Of a stretch of DNA of 64,000 nt, positions 29,935 to 40,215 are shown piece by piece. This stretch comes from an uncultured Alphaproteobacteria bacterium (GTDB lineage Bacteria; Pseudomonadota; Alphaproteobacteria; CAAHEQ01; UBA3637), in contig CAKQBW010000001.1 in assembly GCA_934216505.1 (NCBI GenBank), positions 20,553 through 84,552 of the forward strand, read 5' to 3'. The notes beneath the pieces are model-generated. The model saw only the letters and a list, made by a program, of their open reading frames with translations, searched no databases and was not told where the DNA came from. Made by a program: the position numbers and the translations under genes. How positions within the stretch are numbered: the first letter of the stretch is position 1; every line of letters starts with the position of its first letter.

Positions 29935-30468
29935 ATGTCTAAAATTGGAAAACATCCTATTCAAATTCCCGCAGATGTGACAGTGACTTTAACGGAAGAA
30001 GAAGTTGTTGTTAAGGGAAAATTGGGAACATTAAAAGAACATATTCCTGCTGGTGTTAAGGTAGAGTTAAAGGACGGTTTATTTACTGTTCAACCTTTAC
30101 ATGATACAAAAGAATCTCATGCGGCTTGGGGAACTATGCGTGCCAATATGGCCAATATGGTCAAAGGGGTAACAGAAGGTTTTTCACGCAAGTTGGAATT
30201 GATTGGTGTGGGATATCGTGCTCAAGTCATGGGGCAAAAATTAAAGTTGACTTTAGGTTTTTCCCATGATATAGATTATACATTACCCGAAGGGGTAAAG
30301 GCCGTTGTAACGGATCAAACAAAGTTGGAATTAACAGGTTCTGATAAGCAATTATTGGGGCAAGTGGCCGCTGAAATTCGTTCCTATCGTAAGCCTGAAC
30401 CATATAAGGGCAAAGGTGTAAAATATGTTGAAGAAACTATTTTACGCAAAGAAGGTAAAAAGAAATAA
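29935..30468 (+). CDS. rplF: 50S ribosomal protein L6
   Basis: MSKIGKHPIQIP...; 177 aa. Confidence 0.93.
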   Translation: MSKIGKHPIQIPADVTVTLTEEEVVVKGKLGTLKEHIPAGVKVELKDGLFTVQPLHDTKESHAAWGTMRANMANMVKGVTEGFSRKLELIGVGYRAQVMGQKLKLTLGFSHDIDYTLPEGVKAVVTDQTKLELTGSDKQLLGQVAAEIRSYRKPEPYKGKGVKYVEETILRKEGKKK

Positions 30469-30480
30469 GGAAGAAAGAAA

Positions 30481-30831
30481 ATGAAAAAGATTACATCATT
30501 TGAACGCCGGAAAAATCGTGTGCGTTTTGCGTTAAAGCAAAAAAGTGCCGGTCGTATCCGTTTGTCTGTGAATCGTTCTGAACGCCATATAGAGGCGCAA
30601 TTGATTGATGACAAAAAAGGAATGACTCTTGTGTGTGCTTCTTCCAAAGAAAAAGATTTTAAGGAAAAAGGATCCTCGGTTGCGGGGGCGACTTTGCTCG
30701 GTAAATTGATTGCTGAACGGGCCTTAAAAGCTGGAATTAAAGAAGTTGTGTATGATCGTGGTGCTTATAAGTTCCATGGCCGTATTAAGGCCTTGGCTGA
30801 AGCAGCTCGTGAAGCGGGCTTATCTTTCTAA
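30481..30831 (+). CDS. rplR: 50S ribosomal protein L18
   Basis: 116 aa; [18 protein letters not shown] is L18-like. Confidence 0.92.
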   Translation: MKKITSFERRKNRVRFALKQKSAGRIRLSVNRSERHIEAQLIDDKKGMTLVCASSKEKDFKEKGSSVAGATLLGKLIAERALKAGIKEVVYDRGAYKFHGRIKALAEAAREAGLSF

Positions 30832-30841
30832 GGAGAATTAA

Positions 30842-31471
30842 ATGACAGAAGAAATCATTGAAAAACAAGAAGTTGCCGAACAAGCGCCAAAAGCGGAAAA
30901 GGCCGAAAAACAAGATAAAAAGCGTGCGCCACGTCGTGAACGGGCAAATCGTGATGAAAAACCCGCTGATGAATTTATTGATCGGGTTGTTCATGTGAAC
31001 CGTGTTTCTAAAACGGTGAAAGGTGGACGTAATATGTCTTTTGCTGCTTTGGTTGTGGTTGGCGATAAAAAAGGTCGTATTGGATTTGCTCATGCGAAAG
31101 CAAAGGAAGTTCCTGATGCGATTAAAAAGGCCACAGAATTGGCGCGTCGTAAGTTAGTACGTGTTCCTTTGAAAGAAGGACGAACCTTGCATCACGATGT
31201 TTATGGTCATTTTGGGGCTGGTAAAGTGACATTGCGTACGGCACCTGCGGGGACGGGTATCATTGCGGGTGGTCCTATGCGTGCTGTGTTTGAAGTATTG
31301 GGGATTCAAGATGTTGTAGCCAAATGTACTGGTTCCAGCAATCCTCACAACATGGTGCGTGCCACTTTTAAGGCTTTGTTAGACGAAGCGGCTCCACGTC
31401 ATGTGGCGGCTCGCCGTGGTAAAAAAGTTGGTGAAATTGTTGGCCAACGTGAAGAAACCGTGGCTGAATAA
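30842..31471 (+). CDS. rpsE: 30S ribosomal protein S5
   Basis: [28 protein letters not shown]5 signature; N-terminal Lys/Glu-rich extension. Confidence 0.93.
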   Translation: MTEEIIEKQEVAEQAPKAEKAEKQDKKRAPRRERANRDEKPADEFIDRVVHVNRVSKTVKGGRNMSFAALVVVGDKKGRIGFAHAKAKEVPDAIKKATELARRKLVRVPLKEGRTLHHDVYGHFGAGKVTLRTAPAGTGIIAGGPMRAVFEVLGIQDVVAKCTGSSNPHNMVRATFKALLDEAAPRHVAARRGKKVGEIVGQREETVAE

Positions 31472-31482
31472 GGAGAATTAAA

Positions 31483-32019
31483 ATGAAATTAAATGAAATT
31501 CGTGATAATAAAGGGGCGCGCAAGTCTTTGATGCGGGTGTCTCGTGGTTACGGTTCAGGTAAAGGACGGACAGGAGGCCGTGGTATTAAAGGGCAAAAAT
31601 CCCGTACAGGGGTAGCCATTAATGCCTTTGAAGGTGGTCAAATGCCTGTTTATCGTCGTTTGCCAAAACGTGGTTTTGTAAATATCTTCCGTAAGACATT
31701 TTCTGAAATCAATGTGGGTGATTTGCAAAAGGCGATTGAAGCCAAGTTGTTGAATGCTGGCAAAGAAATCAACGAAGTGGTCTTGATGGAGGCTGGATTG
31801 ATTAAGAAAGTCAAAGATGGTGTTCGTTTGCTGGGTAAAGGCGAATTGAAGACAAAATTGACAATCAAAGTTGTTGGGGCAACAAAATCTGCTATCGCTA
31901 TGGTTGAAAAGCTGGGCGGGGCAGTGATTGTTGAACCTATCCAAAAAACAGTGTTGGAAAAAGGGAAGAAAACTTCCAAAAAAACACCTGTGAAAAAAAC
32001 AACAAAAAAAACTAAATAA
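31483..32019 (+). CDS. rplO: 50S ribosomal protein L15
   Basis: [34 protein letters not shown]. Follows rpsE directly, with no rpmD between. Confidence 0.93.
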   Translation: MKLNEIRDNKGARKSLMRVSRGYGSGKGRTGGRGIKGQKSRTGVAINAFEGGQMPVYRRLPKRGFVNIFRKTFSEINVGDLQKAIEAKLLNAGKEINEVVLMEAGLIKKVKDGVRLLGKGELKTKLTIKVVGATKSAIAMVEKLGGAVIVEPIQKTVLEKGKKTSKKTPVKKTTKKTK

Positions 32020-32038
32020 ATCAAAGGGAGAGTGAATT

Positions 32039-33370
32039 ATGGTTTCTATGTCTGAAAAAATGGCGTCTAGTGTGGATTTTTCTGCTTTTTCAAGAGCAAC
32101 TGATTTACATAAGAGATTGTGGTTCACTCTCTTTGCGATTATTGTGTTCCGTTTTGGGACATATATTCCTTTTCCAGGGTTAAATCCGAGTGTTTTAAAG
32201 GAATTTTTTGCCGAAAACCAAGGGGGATTGATCGGCATGTTTAACGCCTTTACGGGGGGCGCTTTATCTCGTATGTCTATTTTTGCCTTGAATATTATGC
32301 CTTATATTTCTGCCAGCATTATTATTCAATTGGCGGCCAGTGTTTTTCCCAGTATGATTGCCTTGAAAAAAGAGGGAGCGGCAGGGTTCAGAAAAATTCA
32401 ACAATATACCCGCAGTTTAACCATTTTAATCACTGTTGTTCAGGCCTATTTTATGGCGTTGGCTTTGGAACGGGGCGGGGCGGTTATTATGTCCAATCCA
32501 CATCTGTTTGAACTTTCCACCGTTGTTTCATTGTTGGGTGGAACGATGTTCGTTGTTTGGTTAGGAGAACAAATGACAGCACGTGGGGTTGGCAACGGAA
32601 CTTCTATTTTAATTATGGTGGGGATTGTGGCGAATATCCCTCAGGCTTTGATTCGTATCTTAGAAGACGGAAAAGCGGGGGCTTTATCAGGGATAACAAT
32701 TCTTTTAATTATGGCAATGATTTTTGCGGTGATTTATGTTGTGGTTTTGTTTGAAACAGCCCAACGCCGTATTGTGATTCAATACCCTAAACACCAAATG
32801 GGAGGACGGGTGATGCAAGGGGTGAGTTCTCATTTACCTTTAAAAATCAATCCAACAGGGGTGATGCCTCCTATCTTTGCCAGTGCTTTGTTGGCTCTCC
32901 CCGTGGGAATTGCTCAGTATTTTTCAAGGTCTGGTGAATCGGATTTTTGGACAAAAACGTCCACTTTATTGACACCAGGACAATGGGTGTATATGCTGAC
33001 TTTTGCGATTTTGATTATCTTTTTTACTTTCTTTTATACAGGGGTACAATCTAATCCCAAAGAGACGGCTGATAATTTAAAACGGCAAGGAGGATTTGTT
33101 GCGGGAATTCGTCCTGGTGAAAACACAGCAAAATACTTGGATTATGTGATTACACGTTTAACTGTTTTAGGGGCGATATATTTGACTGTTTTATGTATTT
33201 TCCCAGAATTTTTAATTGCAACATTCAAAGTTCCTTTTTTCTTGGGAGGGACGACTTTATTGATTGTTGTCTCTGTGATATTGGAAACATTTAATCAAAC
33301 ACAATCCCACTTATTGGCTTACCAATACGAAGGGTTGATTAAAAAAGCGAAGTTAAGGGGGCGCTTATAA
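32039..33370 (+). CDS. secY: preprotein translocase subunit SecY
   Basis: 443-aa 10-TM protein; LWFTLFAIIVFRFGTYIPFPG and LNIMPYISASIIIQL motifs. Confidence 0.93.
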   Translation: MVSMSEKMASSVDFSAFSRATDLHKRLWFTLFAIIVFRFGTYIPFPGLNPSVLKEFFAENQGGLIGMFNAFTGGALSRMSIFALNIMPYISASIIIQLAASVFPSMIALKKEGAAGFRKIQQYTRSLTILITVVQAYFMALALERGGAVIMSNPHLFELSTVVSLLGGTMFVVWLGEQMTARGVGNGTSILIMVGIVANIPQALIRILEDGKAGALSGITILLIMAMIFAVIYVVVLFETAQRRIVIQYPKHQMGGRVMQGVSSHLPLKINPTGVMPPIFASALLALPVGIAQYFSRSGESDFWTKTSTLLTPGQWVYMLTFAILIIFFTFFYTGVQSNPKETADNLKRQGGFVAGIRPGENTAKYLDYVITRLTVLGAIYLTVLCIFPEFLIATFKVPFFLGGTTLLIVVSVILETFNQTQSHLLAYQYEGLIKKAKLRGRL

Positions 33371-34044
33371 TGGCAATATTCAGACATATTATTATGGTTG
33401 GACCACCAGGAAGTGGTAAAGGAACTCAAGCAGGGATTTTGGCTGAAAAGTTAAAAATAACGACAGTTTCTGCGGGAGAGCTTTTGCGGGCTGAGGCCAA
33501 AACGGGCTCGGAATTAGGAAAACAAATTGCGGACAGAATTGACTTTGGTAAGATGGTTCCTCCTGAAATTATTGTGCGGGCAATGTTGAATGAAATTAGC
33601 AAACCAGAGAATGCCGCAGGGTATATTATGGACGGTTTTCCACGGTCCTTAGACCAAGTGGATTTGTTCAATAATGCGATTGTCCAACCTCCCTATCAGG
33701 ATAAAAATTTGGAACCCGATTTAGTTTTGTTTTTACAAGTTCCAGATGAATATATCTATGACCGTATTTTGGGGCGTAGTCAATGTGCCAAATGCGGTGA
33801 AATGTATCATGAAAAATTTAAGACCCCAAAAGTGTTCGGTGTGTGCGATCGCTGCGGGGGAAAAGAATTTACTAAACGGGCGGACGACACCTATGAAACG
33901 GTGGTATCTAGACTCCGTACTTACCGTTCAGTAACGGCTCCCATTATACCATTCTACGAAGAAAAGGGGCTACTCAGGTGCATTGATGGGACGGGACCCA
34001 TTGATGTTGTTAGTGAAAAAATACGAAAGGTAGTAGGGTACTGA
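33370..34044 (+). CDS. adk: adenylate kinase (zinc-lid type)
   Basis: IIMVGPPGSGKGTQA P-loop; CAKCG...CDRCG lid cysteines. Confidence 0.92.
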   Translation: MAIFRHIIMVGPPGSGKGTQAGILAEKLKITTVSAGELLRAEAKTGSELGKQIADRIDFGKMVPPEIIVRAMLNEISKPENAAGYIMDGFPRSLDQVDLFNNAIVQPPYQDKNLEPDLVLFLQVPDEYIYDRILGRSQCAKCGEMYHEKFKTPKVFGVCDRCGGKEFTKRADDTYETVVSRLRTYRSVTAPIIPFYEEKGLLRCIDGTGPIDVVSEKIRKVVGY

Positions 34045-34053
34045 TTTTATTTC

Positions 34054-34082
34054 TTGACAACTAATGGAAAATAGAGTATAAT
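34054..34082 (+). promoter_or_regulatory. internal consensus promoter (TTGACA-17-TATAAT) upstream of rpsM (alpha operon)
   Basis: Perfect hexamers in the adk-rpsM intergenic region. Confidence 0.65.
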
Positions 34083-34158
34083 TCCCATCCGTTAGACCAA
34101 GAAAAGCTGTAAGGCAAAATTGGACTTATTATTTTTTAACTATAATGGAGAATGAACC

Positions 34159-34536
34159 TTGGCACGTATTGCTGGTGTAAATATTCCGACAAACAAATTG
34201 GTAAATATCGGTTTGACCTATATTTATGGTATTGGGCGGAAAACTGCAGATGAAATCTGCGCAAAAGCGGGGATTCCTGCGACTCGTCGTGTGAATGATT
34301 TGACAGATGCGGAAGCATTGAAATTGCGTGAAATCATTGATGCAAATTATCATGTAGAAGGGGACTTACGTCGTGAAGTTTCTTTGAATATTAAACGGTT
34401 AGTAGATTTGGGGTGTTATCGTGGGTTGCGCCATCGTAAGAAATTACCTGTGCGTGGGCAACGGACACATACCAATGCGCGTACCCGCAAAGGTAAGGCG
34501 ATTGCTATTGCCGGTAAAAAGATGGCAACGAAGTAA
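34159..34536 (+). CDS. rpsM: 30S ribosomal protein S13
   Basis: [13 protein letters not shown]13 N-terminus; apparent TTG start. A TTGACA-17-TATAAT promoter lies at 34054-34082. Confidence 0.92.
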   Translation: MARIAGVNIPTNKLVNIGLTYIYGIGRKTADEICAKAGIPATRRVNDLTDAEALKLREIIDANYHVEGDLRREVSLNIKRLVDLGCYRGLRHRKKLPVRGQRTHTNARTRKGKAIAIAGKKMATK

Positions 34537-34550
34537 GGTGAGGTAGAGAT

Positions 34551-34949
34551 ATGGTAGCAGAAACAAAAAAAGCAAAAACAAAAGTGCGGGTAAAGAAAAC
34601 AGCCGCTGTTAATGGGGTTGCGCATATTAATTCCACTTTTAACAATACAATTATTACAATCACAGATACTCAAGGAAACACTGTTTCTTGGTCTTCTTGT
34701 GGATTGAAAGGGTTTAAAGGCTCTCGTAAATCAACACCTTATGCGGCTCAAATGGCTGCTGATGATGCGGCTAAAAAAGCCGTTGAACGGGGAATGAAGT
34801 CTATTGATGTTTTGTGTTTGGGACCTGGTTCAGGTCGTGAATCTGCCTTGCGTGCTTTTAATGCGGCGGGCTTGATTGTGACATCAATTAAAGATATTAC
34901 GGGTGTGCCACATAATGGATGTCGTGCTCGCAAACGTCGTCGTGTGTAA
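34551..34949 (+). CDS. rpsK: 30S ribosomal protein S11
   Basis: [29 protein letters not shown]11 signature. Confidence 0.95.
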   Translation: MVAETKKAKTKVRVKKTAAVNGVAHINSTFNNTIITITDTQGNTVSWSSCGLKGFKGSRKSTPYAAQMAADDAAKKAVERGMKSIDVLCLGPGSGRESALRAFNAAGLIVTSIKDITGVPHNGCRARKRRRV

Positions 34950-34972
34950 TTTTTAACAAAAGGAACAAGACA

Positions 34973-35989
34973 ATGATGATCCAAAAAAATTGGCAAGAAT
35001 TGATTAAACCGGGCAAACAATCGGTAGAACAAATTGTTCCGGGCTATAAAGCCACAATGACGATTGAACCATTAGAACGTGGTTTTGGTTTGACATTAGG
35101 GAATGCTTTGCGCCGTGTGCTTTTATCTTCTTTGCAAGGTGGGGCCGTCAAAGCTATTAAGATTAAAGATGTTTCTCATGAATTTTCTTCAATCCCTGGT
35201 GTTCGTGAAGATGTGACTGAGATTATTTTAAATATCAAGACTTTGGCTTTAAAGGTGGAATCTTTGGAAGATCAACGCATCGTTTTAAAAGCGAAAGGTC
35301 CTGGTGTTGTAAAGGCTAGTCAGATTGAAACAAATCATGCGGTAGAAGTGATGAATCCTGAATTAGTGATTTGTACTTTGGATAAAGATGCTTCTATTGA
35401 AATTGAAATGTTGGTGGGGACAGGAAGTGGTTATTTGACCGCTGAACAAAACCGCCCAGAAGAATGCCCCATTGGGTATCTTCCTGTGGATTCAATTTAC
35501 TCCCCAGTTAAGTCTGTTGTTTATAAAGTTGAAAATGCCCGTGTGGGTCAAAAAACGGACTATGATAAATTGACAATGACTGTGGAAACAAATGGTGTTG
35601 TGACACCCGAAGATGCCGTTGCTTTTGCGGCGCGTATTTTGCAAGAACAATTGAAGCCTTTTGTGACTTTTGAAGAACCAGAAGAAGCCACAATGGAAGA
35701 AAAAATTGCTGAATTGCCCTTTAATCAAAACTTGTTGCGCAAAGTGGAAGATATGGAATTGTCTGTCCGTTCTGCGAACTGTTTGAAAAATGACAATTTA
35801 CGCTACATTGGGGATTTGGTCCAAAAGACAGAATCCGAAATGTTGCGGACTCCAAATTTTGGTCGTAAATCTTTGAATGAAATCAAAGAATTGTTGGCTG
35901 TTTATGATTTGCATTTAGGAATGCAAGTTGAAAATTGGCCCCCAGAAAATTTGGACGAATTGGCGAATTCCGTCAATTTTGAAGATTAA
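34973..35989 (+). CDS. rpoA: DNA-directed RNA polymerase alpha subunit
   Basis: Start at [13 protein letters not shown] (ATG 34973). Listed 34919 start overlaps rpsK. C-terminal domain [22 protein letters not shown]. Confidence 0.93.
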   Translation: MMIQKNWQELIKPGKQSVEQIVPGYKATMTIEPLERGFGLTLGNALRRVLLSSLQGGAVKAIKIKDVSHEFSSIPGVREDVTEIILNIKTLALKVESLEDQRIVLKAKGPGVVKASQIETNHAVEVMNPELVICTLDKDASIEIEMLVGTGSGYLTAEQNRPEECPIGYLPVDSIYSPVKSVVYKVENARVGQKTDYDKLTMTVETNGVVTPEDAVAFAARILQEQLKPFVTFEEPEEATMEEKIAELPFNQNLLRKVEDMELSVRSANCLKNDNLRYIGDLVQKTESEMLRTPNFGRKSLNEIKELLAVYDLHLGMQVENWPPENLDELANSVNFED

Positions 35990-36103
35990 AAAATCGCCCG
36001 AGAAGTCTCGGGCGTCTGTCCTTTGCACGCGTGACGGCGGGTGGAAGGAACGGCCTAACAATCACTTTGCCACGGCAAAGAACTTTACGAAAGGAAGTAT
36101 AAA

Positions 36104-36652
36104 ATGCGTCACGGATTTAAAAAAAGAACTTTAAATAAGAAAATTGCTCATCGTCGTGCGATGTTTGCGAACTTGGCGAATGCCTTGATTAAGCATGAAC
36201 AAATTAAAACAACTCTCCCTAAAGCAAAAGAATTAAGCCCCATTTTTGAAAAATTGGTGACTAAAGCTGAGGATAAGACTTTGCATGCAAGACGTCAATT
36301 ATTGGCTTTCTTGCGTGATGAAAAGATGGTTGAAAAATTGATGACTACCTTGGTGGAACGTTATGCAAAACGCAACGGTGGCTATGTCCGTGTTTTAAAA
36401 GCGGGTTTCCGTTTTGGGGATAGTGCTCCATTGGCGATTGTTGAATTGGTGGATCGTGATGTGAAAGCCAAAGGTCAAGATTCAGGTAAGATTGTTGAAG
36501 TTGAAACAGCTGATGAAAAAGTAGAAGATAAAAAAGTGGCAAAACCTGAATTAAAGGTTAAAAAAGAACGCACTCAAAATGTGGGGAAGATTACAGGGGC
36601 TGGGGTTGCCAAAAAGACAACGGCCATTCGCAAAACCAATACAAGCGTGTAA
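36104..36652 (+). CDS. rplQ: 50S ribosomal protein L17
   Basis: [25 protein letters not shown]17 N-terminus; 182 aa with Lys-rich tail. Confidence 0.93.
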   Translation: MRHGFKKRTLNKKIAHRRAMFANLANALIKHEQIKTTLPKAKELSPIFEKLVTKAEDKTLHARRQLLAFLRDEKMVEKLMTTLVERYAKRNGGYVRVLKAGFRFGDSAPLAIVELVDRDVKAKGQDSGKIVEVETADEKVEDKKVAKPELKVKKERTQNVGKITGAGVAKKTTAIRKTNTSV

Positions 36653-36670
36653 TTAACTTTTAAAAATAAA

Positions 36671-36700
36671 ATCCTCACTTATCGGGTGAGGATTTTTTTT
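36671..36700 (+). terminator. rho-independent terminator ending the ribosomal superoperon after rplQ
   Basis: ATCCTCAC-ttatcgg-GTGAGGAT followed by TTTTTTTT. Confidence 0.8.
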
Positions 36701-36865
36701 ATCCCAAGATTGCCCTAGAGGTGTTTTTTAAATTATTCAACATGGACGAACAAAAAGGAGAAAGTTATAGAAGCAACCTTGATGATTTATACGGGGATAA
36801 AATTCACGCAGATTCAAAAATAGGTCTGTTATTTTACACATTCAGGCAGATGCCGAAAGCAAAGT

Positions 36866-37732
36866 TTATTTCAATGGTTCATCAATAAATTTTGCAATTT
36901 TTCGGGTAAGTTTTTTGGCCCCTGAAATATCCAAATGGTCTGTATCCGAAAAATCGTCCCACTCGTAACCTTTCCCTTTTAATTCATTAAGAACAGGGAT
37001 TTTCTTTTCTTTGGCCCATTTGTAAAGGTCATAAAACAAATCGTTTTCATTTGCTTTTTGGCGATCCAATTCCTTTAAAAAATCAGAACGAGCAGGGGCA
37101 ATAACAACGAAAAATTGAATTCCCCGTTCTTGACATTCTTCTGCCATTTCATAAAGATGGTGGTTTTGTTTGACAAACCTTTTGTTTTCACGCAAGTGAT
37201 GCGCACACCGTGCCTCAGGGCCCATAGGAATGACATTTAGATTCTTTTTTTCGGGTATATATCCAGAAAAACTTTTGTAATCAATATGGGAGTCGTCAAA
37301 TTTTTTAAAGCGGTGTTTGGCGGCTTTTTCCCATTGTTTCAGCCAATTAACATGATAAGGTACGCCAAAGACATAATGACTGACGGCTGTGTTTTTAAAA
37401 GATTGCGTCTTACATAATTCATGCCCTTGAGAATGAATAGAATAAAAGGCAACCACTTTTTTTAATTGAGGTAATTTGTCCAAGTATTGATCAAAAATCC
37501 AATGAGTTGTATAAAGGTCCTGATCTACTACACCCAAATTAAAGGCCTTGTCTAGCATATCGGTATCAAAGCCACGGGTACAGTGCGAAGAACCAATGCC
37601 CAAAATTTCAATTTCATTGGCCCGATATTCTAATCCCCGCTTTTTCAAAATAGATTCCGCAAATAAATGACGGCTTAGCCGATGGCGTTTGGACCGAATA
37701 AATTTTTTAATTGCTTTATATAGATTTAACAT
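36866..37732 (-). CDS. SGNH/GDSL-like hydrolase family protein (DltD/AlgJ-like), last gene of MoxR operon
   Basis: ILGIGSSH (block I, Ser nucleophile candidate) and a C-terminal DTDHL (Asp-x-x-His) motif. Confidence 0.45.
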   Translation of the reverse strand: MLNLYKAIKKFIRSKRHRLSRHLFAESILKKRGLEYRANEIEILGIGSSHCTRGFDTDMLDKAFNLGVVDQDLYTTHWIFDQYLDKLPQLKKVVAFYSIHSQGHELCKTQSFKNTAVSHYVFGVPYHVNWLKQWEKAAKHRFKKFDDSHIDYKSFSGYIPEKKNLNVIPMGPEARCAHHLRENKRFVKQNHHLYEMAEECQERGIQFFVVIAPARSDFLKELDRQKANENDLFYDLYKWAKEKKIPVLNELKGKGYEWDDFSDTDHLDISGAKKLTRKIAKFIDEPLK

Positions 37733-37779
37733 GAATCACTCCTTCTTTGATAAGAGGGTAGCATATTATGTTGATTTTA

Positions 37780-38241
37780 TCAATGTTTTTTTAAGACAAA
37801 TTTTATCCATTTTTGACAATTTTTGTACAGTTGAATGTCGGGTATTTTTTTGTCATAAATGGCAAAGGCTAAATCGTGCGCTTGAGTTTTGGTGAGAGTG
37901 TCAGGGGCCGCTGCAATGAGAAAATCTTGCCATCTTTCTTCAGATAAAGGAGCAATTTGCGGGCGTTCGTACTTTACCATAGCCACACGCTTTAAAAGTT
38001 GGGCCAACAATTTCATTTGGGTTTTTTGGGGGAGATTTTTTATTTTTTCTAATTCCTTTAAAGCATAGGGAAGGGGCTTTCTTTTGTGCTTTTCCCACAA
38101 ATAAAATAGTATGAGTCCAAGGATGAAAAAAGTAATGATTAAGATATACCAACCCTTTGCTAAAGGCCAAAATGAAGGAGGGACACTTGTATGAATGTCT
38201 TTTAATTGAGATAAATCAATAGGTGGGGTGGAAATGGGCAT
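37780..38241 (-). CDS. small N-terminally anchored membrane protein (DUF4381-like) of MoxR operon
   Basis: 153 aa; one TM segment WYILIITFFILGLILFYLW near the N-terminus; the start of this gene and the stop of the DUF58 gene are adjacent. Confidence 0.5.
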   Translation of the reverse strand: MPISTPPIDLSQLKDIHTSVPPSFWPLAKGWYILIITFFILGLILFYLWEKHKRKPLPYALKELEKIKNLPQKTQMKLLAQLLKRVAMVKYERPQIAPLSEERWQDFLIAAAPDTLTKTQAHDLAFAIYDKKIPDIQLYKNCQKWIKFVLKKH

Positions 38242-39159
38242 TTATTCTCCTAAACAAAAATGTTTAAATTGACTGATGTAATCACTGTTTGTGGATAAAG
38301 GCAAATATCCCATATTGTATTTTTGAATAGCTTTTCGTAAAAGGGTTGTTTTTCTTTGCCACGAATCTTGAAATTCTGTTTTAAAAGTTTTCTCTTGGGT
38401 ATTGATTAAGATATTTTCCCGTCCATTAGAGCAGGGAAATACGCCTAGGGGCATATTTACTTCCAATGGGTCATAAAGGTGGATAAAAGAAACGGTATTC
38501 TTGCGAGAAAAACGCCCCAAAGTTTCCATGTCTTTTTCGCCCACATCATGAAAATCGCTGAAGAAAAATAAAATAGCCCCTGAATGAAGGACTTGACTGA
38601 TAAACGGAAAAAGGGCGTTGAAAGACACTTCACTGTCATTTATATCGTTTTGTGAAAGTTGGTTTAAGAAATGAGGGAGGATTTCTTGGGCGGCCTCAAA
38701 GGGAAAGGAAATGATTTTATCTGTCAAAATTTGAAATCCCAAAGAATCGTTTTTATTTTCCGCCATAAAACCACACAATGCCGCTAAACGACCCGCCATA
38801 ATAGATTTAAAATGACCTTGGCTCGCAAAATGCATGGGTTTCCTTAAATCACACAGGATATAAACCTGCCGTTCTTTTTCTTCCTCATAAAGTTTGGTAA
38901 AAGGTTTCCCGTATTTTGCCGTGACCCGCCAATCAATTTGGCGAATATCATCGCCTGGTTGATACTGGCGTACTTCTTGAAAATTCAAGCCTCTTGATTT
39001 GAATAAAGACGGGGATTGACCTATCCCAGAATAAGTCCATTTCTTGCCCGTTGGTAGGGCCGTAGAGAGAGTTTCTTTTTTTAAATTGATTAAATCAGGT
39101 AATTCAAAAACAAGAGGATTTGTCATCGTGTTTCTCTTAAGGTAAGGGGACTCGTTCAA
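38242..39159 (-). CDS. DUF58-family protein (MoxR-associated)
   Basis: 305 aa immediately downstream of the MoxR ATPase and overlapping it; canonical pairing. Confidence 0.6.
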   Translation of the reverse strand: MNESPYLKRNTMTNPLVFELPDLINLKKETLSTALPTGKKWTYSGIGQSPSLFKSRGLNFQEVRQYQPGDDIRQIDWRVTAKYGKPFTKLYEEEKERQVYILCDLRKPMHFASQGHFKSIMAGRLAALCGFMAENKNDSLGFQILTDKIISFPFEAAQEILPHFLNQLSQNDINDSEVSFNALFPFISQVLHSGAILFFFSDFHDVGEKDMETLGRFSRKNTVSFIHLYDPLEVNMPLGVFPCSNGRENILINTQEKTFKTEFQDSWQRKTTLLRKAIQKYNMGYLPLSTNSDYISQFKHFCLGE

Positions 39160-40099
39160 TCAAACTTTTTAAAACTTCGTCTGAGGTTATATGCTCGGAT
39201 TTGGCTTCAAAAGTCAAAATTAACCGATGCCGCAAAACATCAGGGATTAAATCAGTGATATCTGAGGTTAAAACTTGTTCGTGTCCATTCAACCACGCAT
39301 TTGCCCGTGCGCAAATATCCAGAGCAATTGTTCCCCGAGGGCTGGCCCCATAGCGAATCAATTTGGATAATTCAGCCCCGTAAGGAGCGGGATTGCGTGT
39401 GGCCATAATAAATTGAATCAAGTATTCTTCTAACTCCTCCGCCATGGGGATATTCAATACTTCTTGACGGGCGGCCATAATTTGTTTTTCTGTAATTTTT
39501 GGGAAAAGGGGTGGTGCTTCTTTTTTTTCTTCCTTTTGAATTAATTTTAAAATCTTCCGTTCTGATTCAATGTCAGGGTAATCAATTTTTACATACATTA
39601 AAAAGCGATCTAATTGGGCTTCGGGTAAGCGATAAGTCCCTTCATTTTCAATGGGATTTTGGGTGGCCATAACTGTAAATAACAAAGGAAGTTTATAGGT
39701 CGCATTGCCCACGGTTACTTGTCGTTCCCCCATGGCTTCCAAAAGGGCTGATTGAACCTTGGCGGGGGCTCGGTTGATTTCATCGGCCAAAATCAGGTTG
39801 TGAAAGATAGGGCCCTTTTGAAAATAAAAATTGGCTGTTTCGGGTTTAAAAACATCACTTCCAGTAATATCTGCGGGCAATAAATCGGGGGTGAATTGAA
39901 TCCGATGGGCTTGGGCTTCAATCAAATTGGATAAAGTTTTAACGACCTTTGTCTTTGCTAATCCCGGGGCCCCTTCCACCAATAAATGACCATCACTTAA
40001 AAGGGCAATCAAAAGTCGGTCAATCAGTTGAGGTTGCCCAATAATTTGCCCGTTGATATAGGTTCTTAAGTTGTTAAATAATTCTTGATTTGGTGTCAT
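39137..40099 (-). CDS. MoxR-family AAA+ ATPase
   Basis: GQPQLIDRLLIALLSDGHLLVEGAPGLAKTK (Walker A) and LLFTVMATQNPIENEGTYRLPEAQLDRF. Start chosen at MTPNQ (ATG 40099-40097) behind an AAGGAG RBS; listed start 40216 is an over-extension. Confidence 0.85.
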   Translation of the reverse strand: MTPNQELFNNLRTYINGQIIGQPQLIDRLLIALLSDGHLLVEGAPGLAKTKVVKTLSNLIEAQAHRIQFTPDLLPADITGSDVFKPETANFYFQKGPIFHNLILADEINRAPAKVQSALLEAMGERQVTVGNATYKLPLLFTVMATQNPIENEGTYRLPEAQLDRFLMYVKIDYPDIESERKILKLIQKEEKKEAPPLFPKITEKQIMAARQEVLNIPMAEELEEYLIQFIMATRNPAPYGAELSKLIRYGASPRGTIALDICARANAWLNGHEQVLTSDITDLIPDVLRHRLILTFEAKSEHITSDEVLKSLIERVPLP

Positions 40100-40215
40100 T
40101 TTATCTCCTTTAAAATTGGAATACTTCAAATATAAAATTTTTTTTTGCAAAAAGCAATCAATTTTCTTGACATAAGAAAAAAATTCTTTATCCTGATATG
40201 CATCAGGAGTTTTCA

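Noticed and set aside
31555-32238. 227-aa minus-strand ORF (and many 60-130-aa ORFs) antisense to ribosomal protein, fusA and secY genes
   Set aside because: Shadow ORFs fully embedded in strongly conserved coding regions on the opposite strand.
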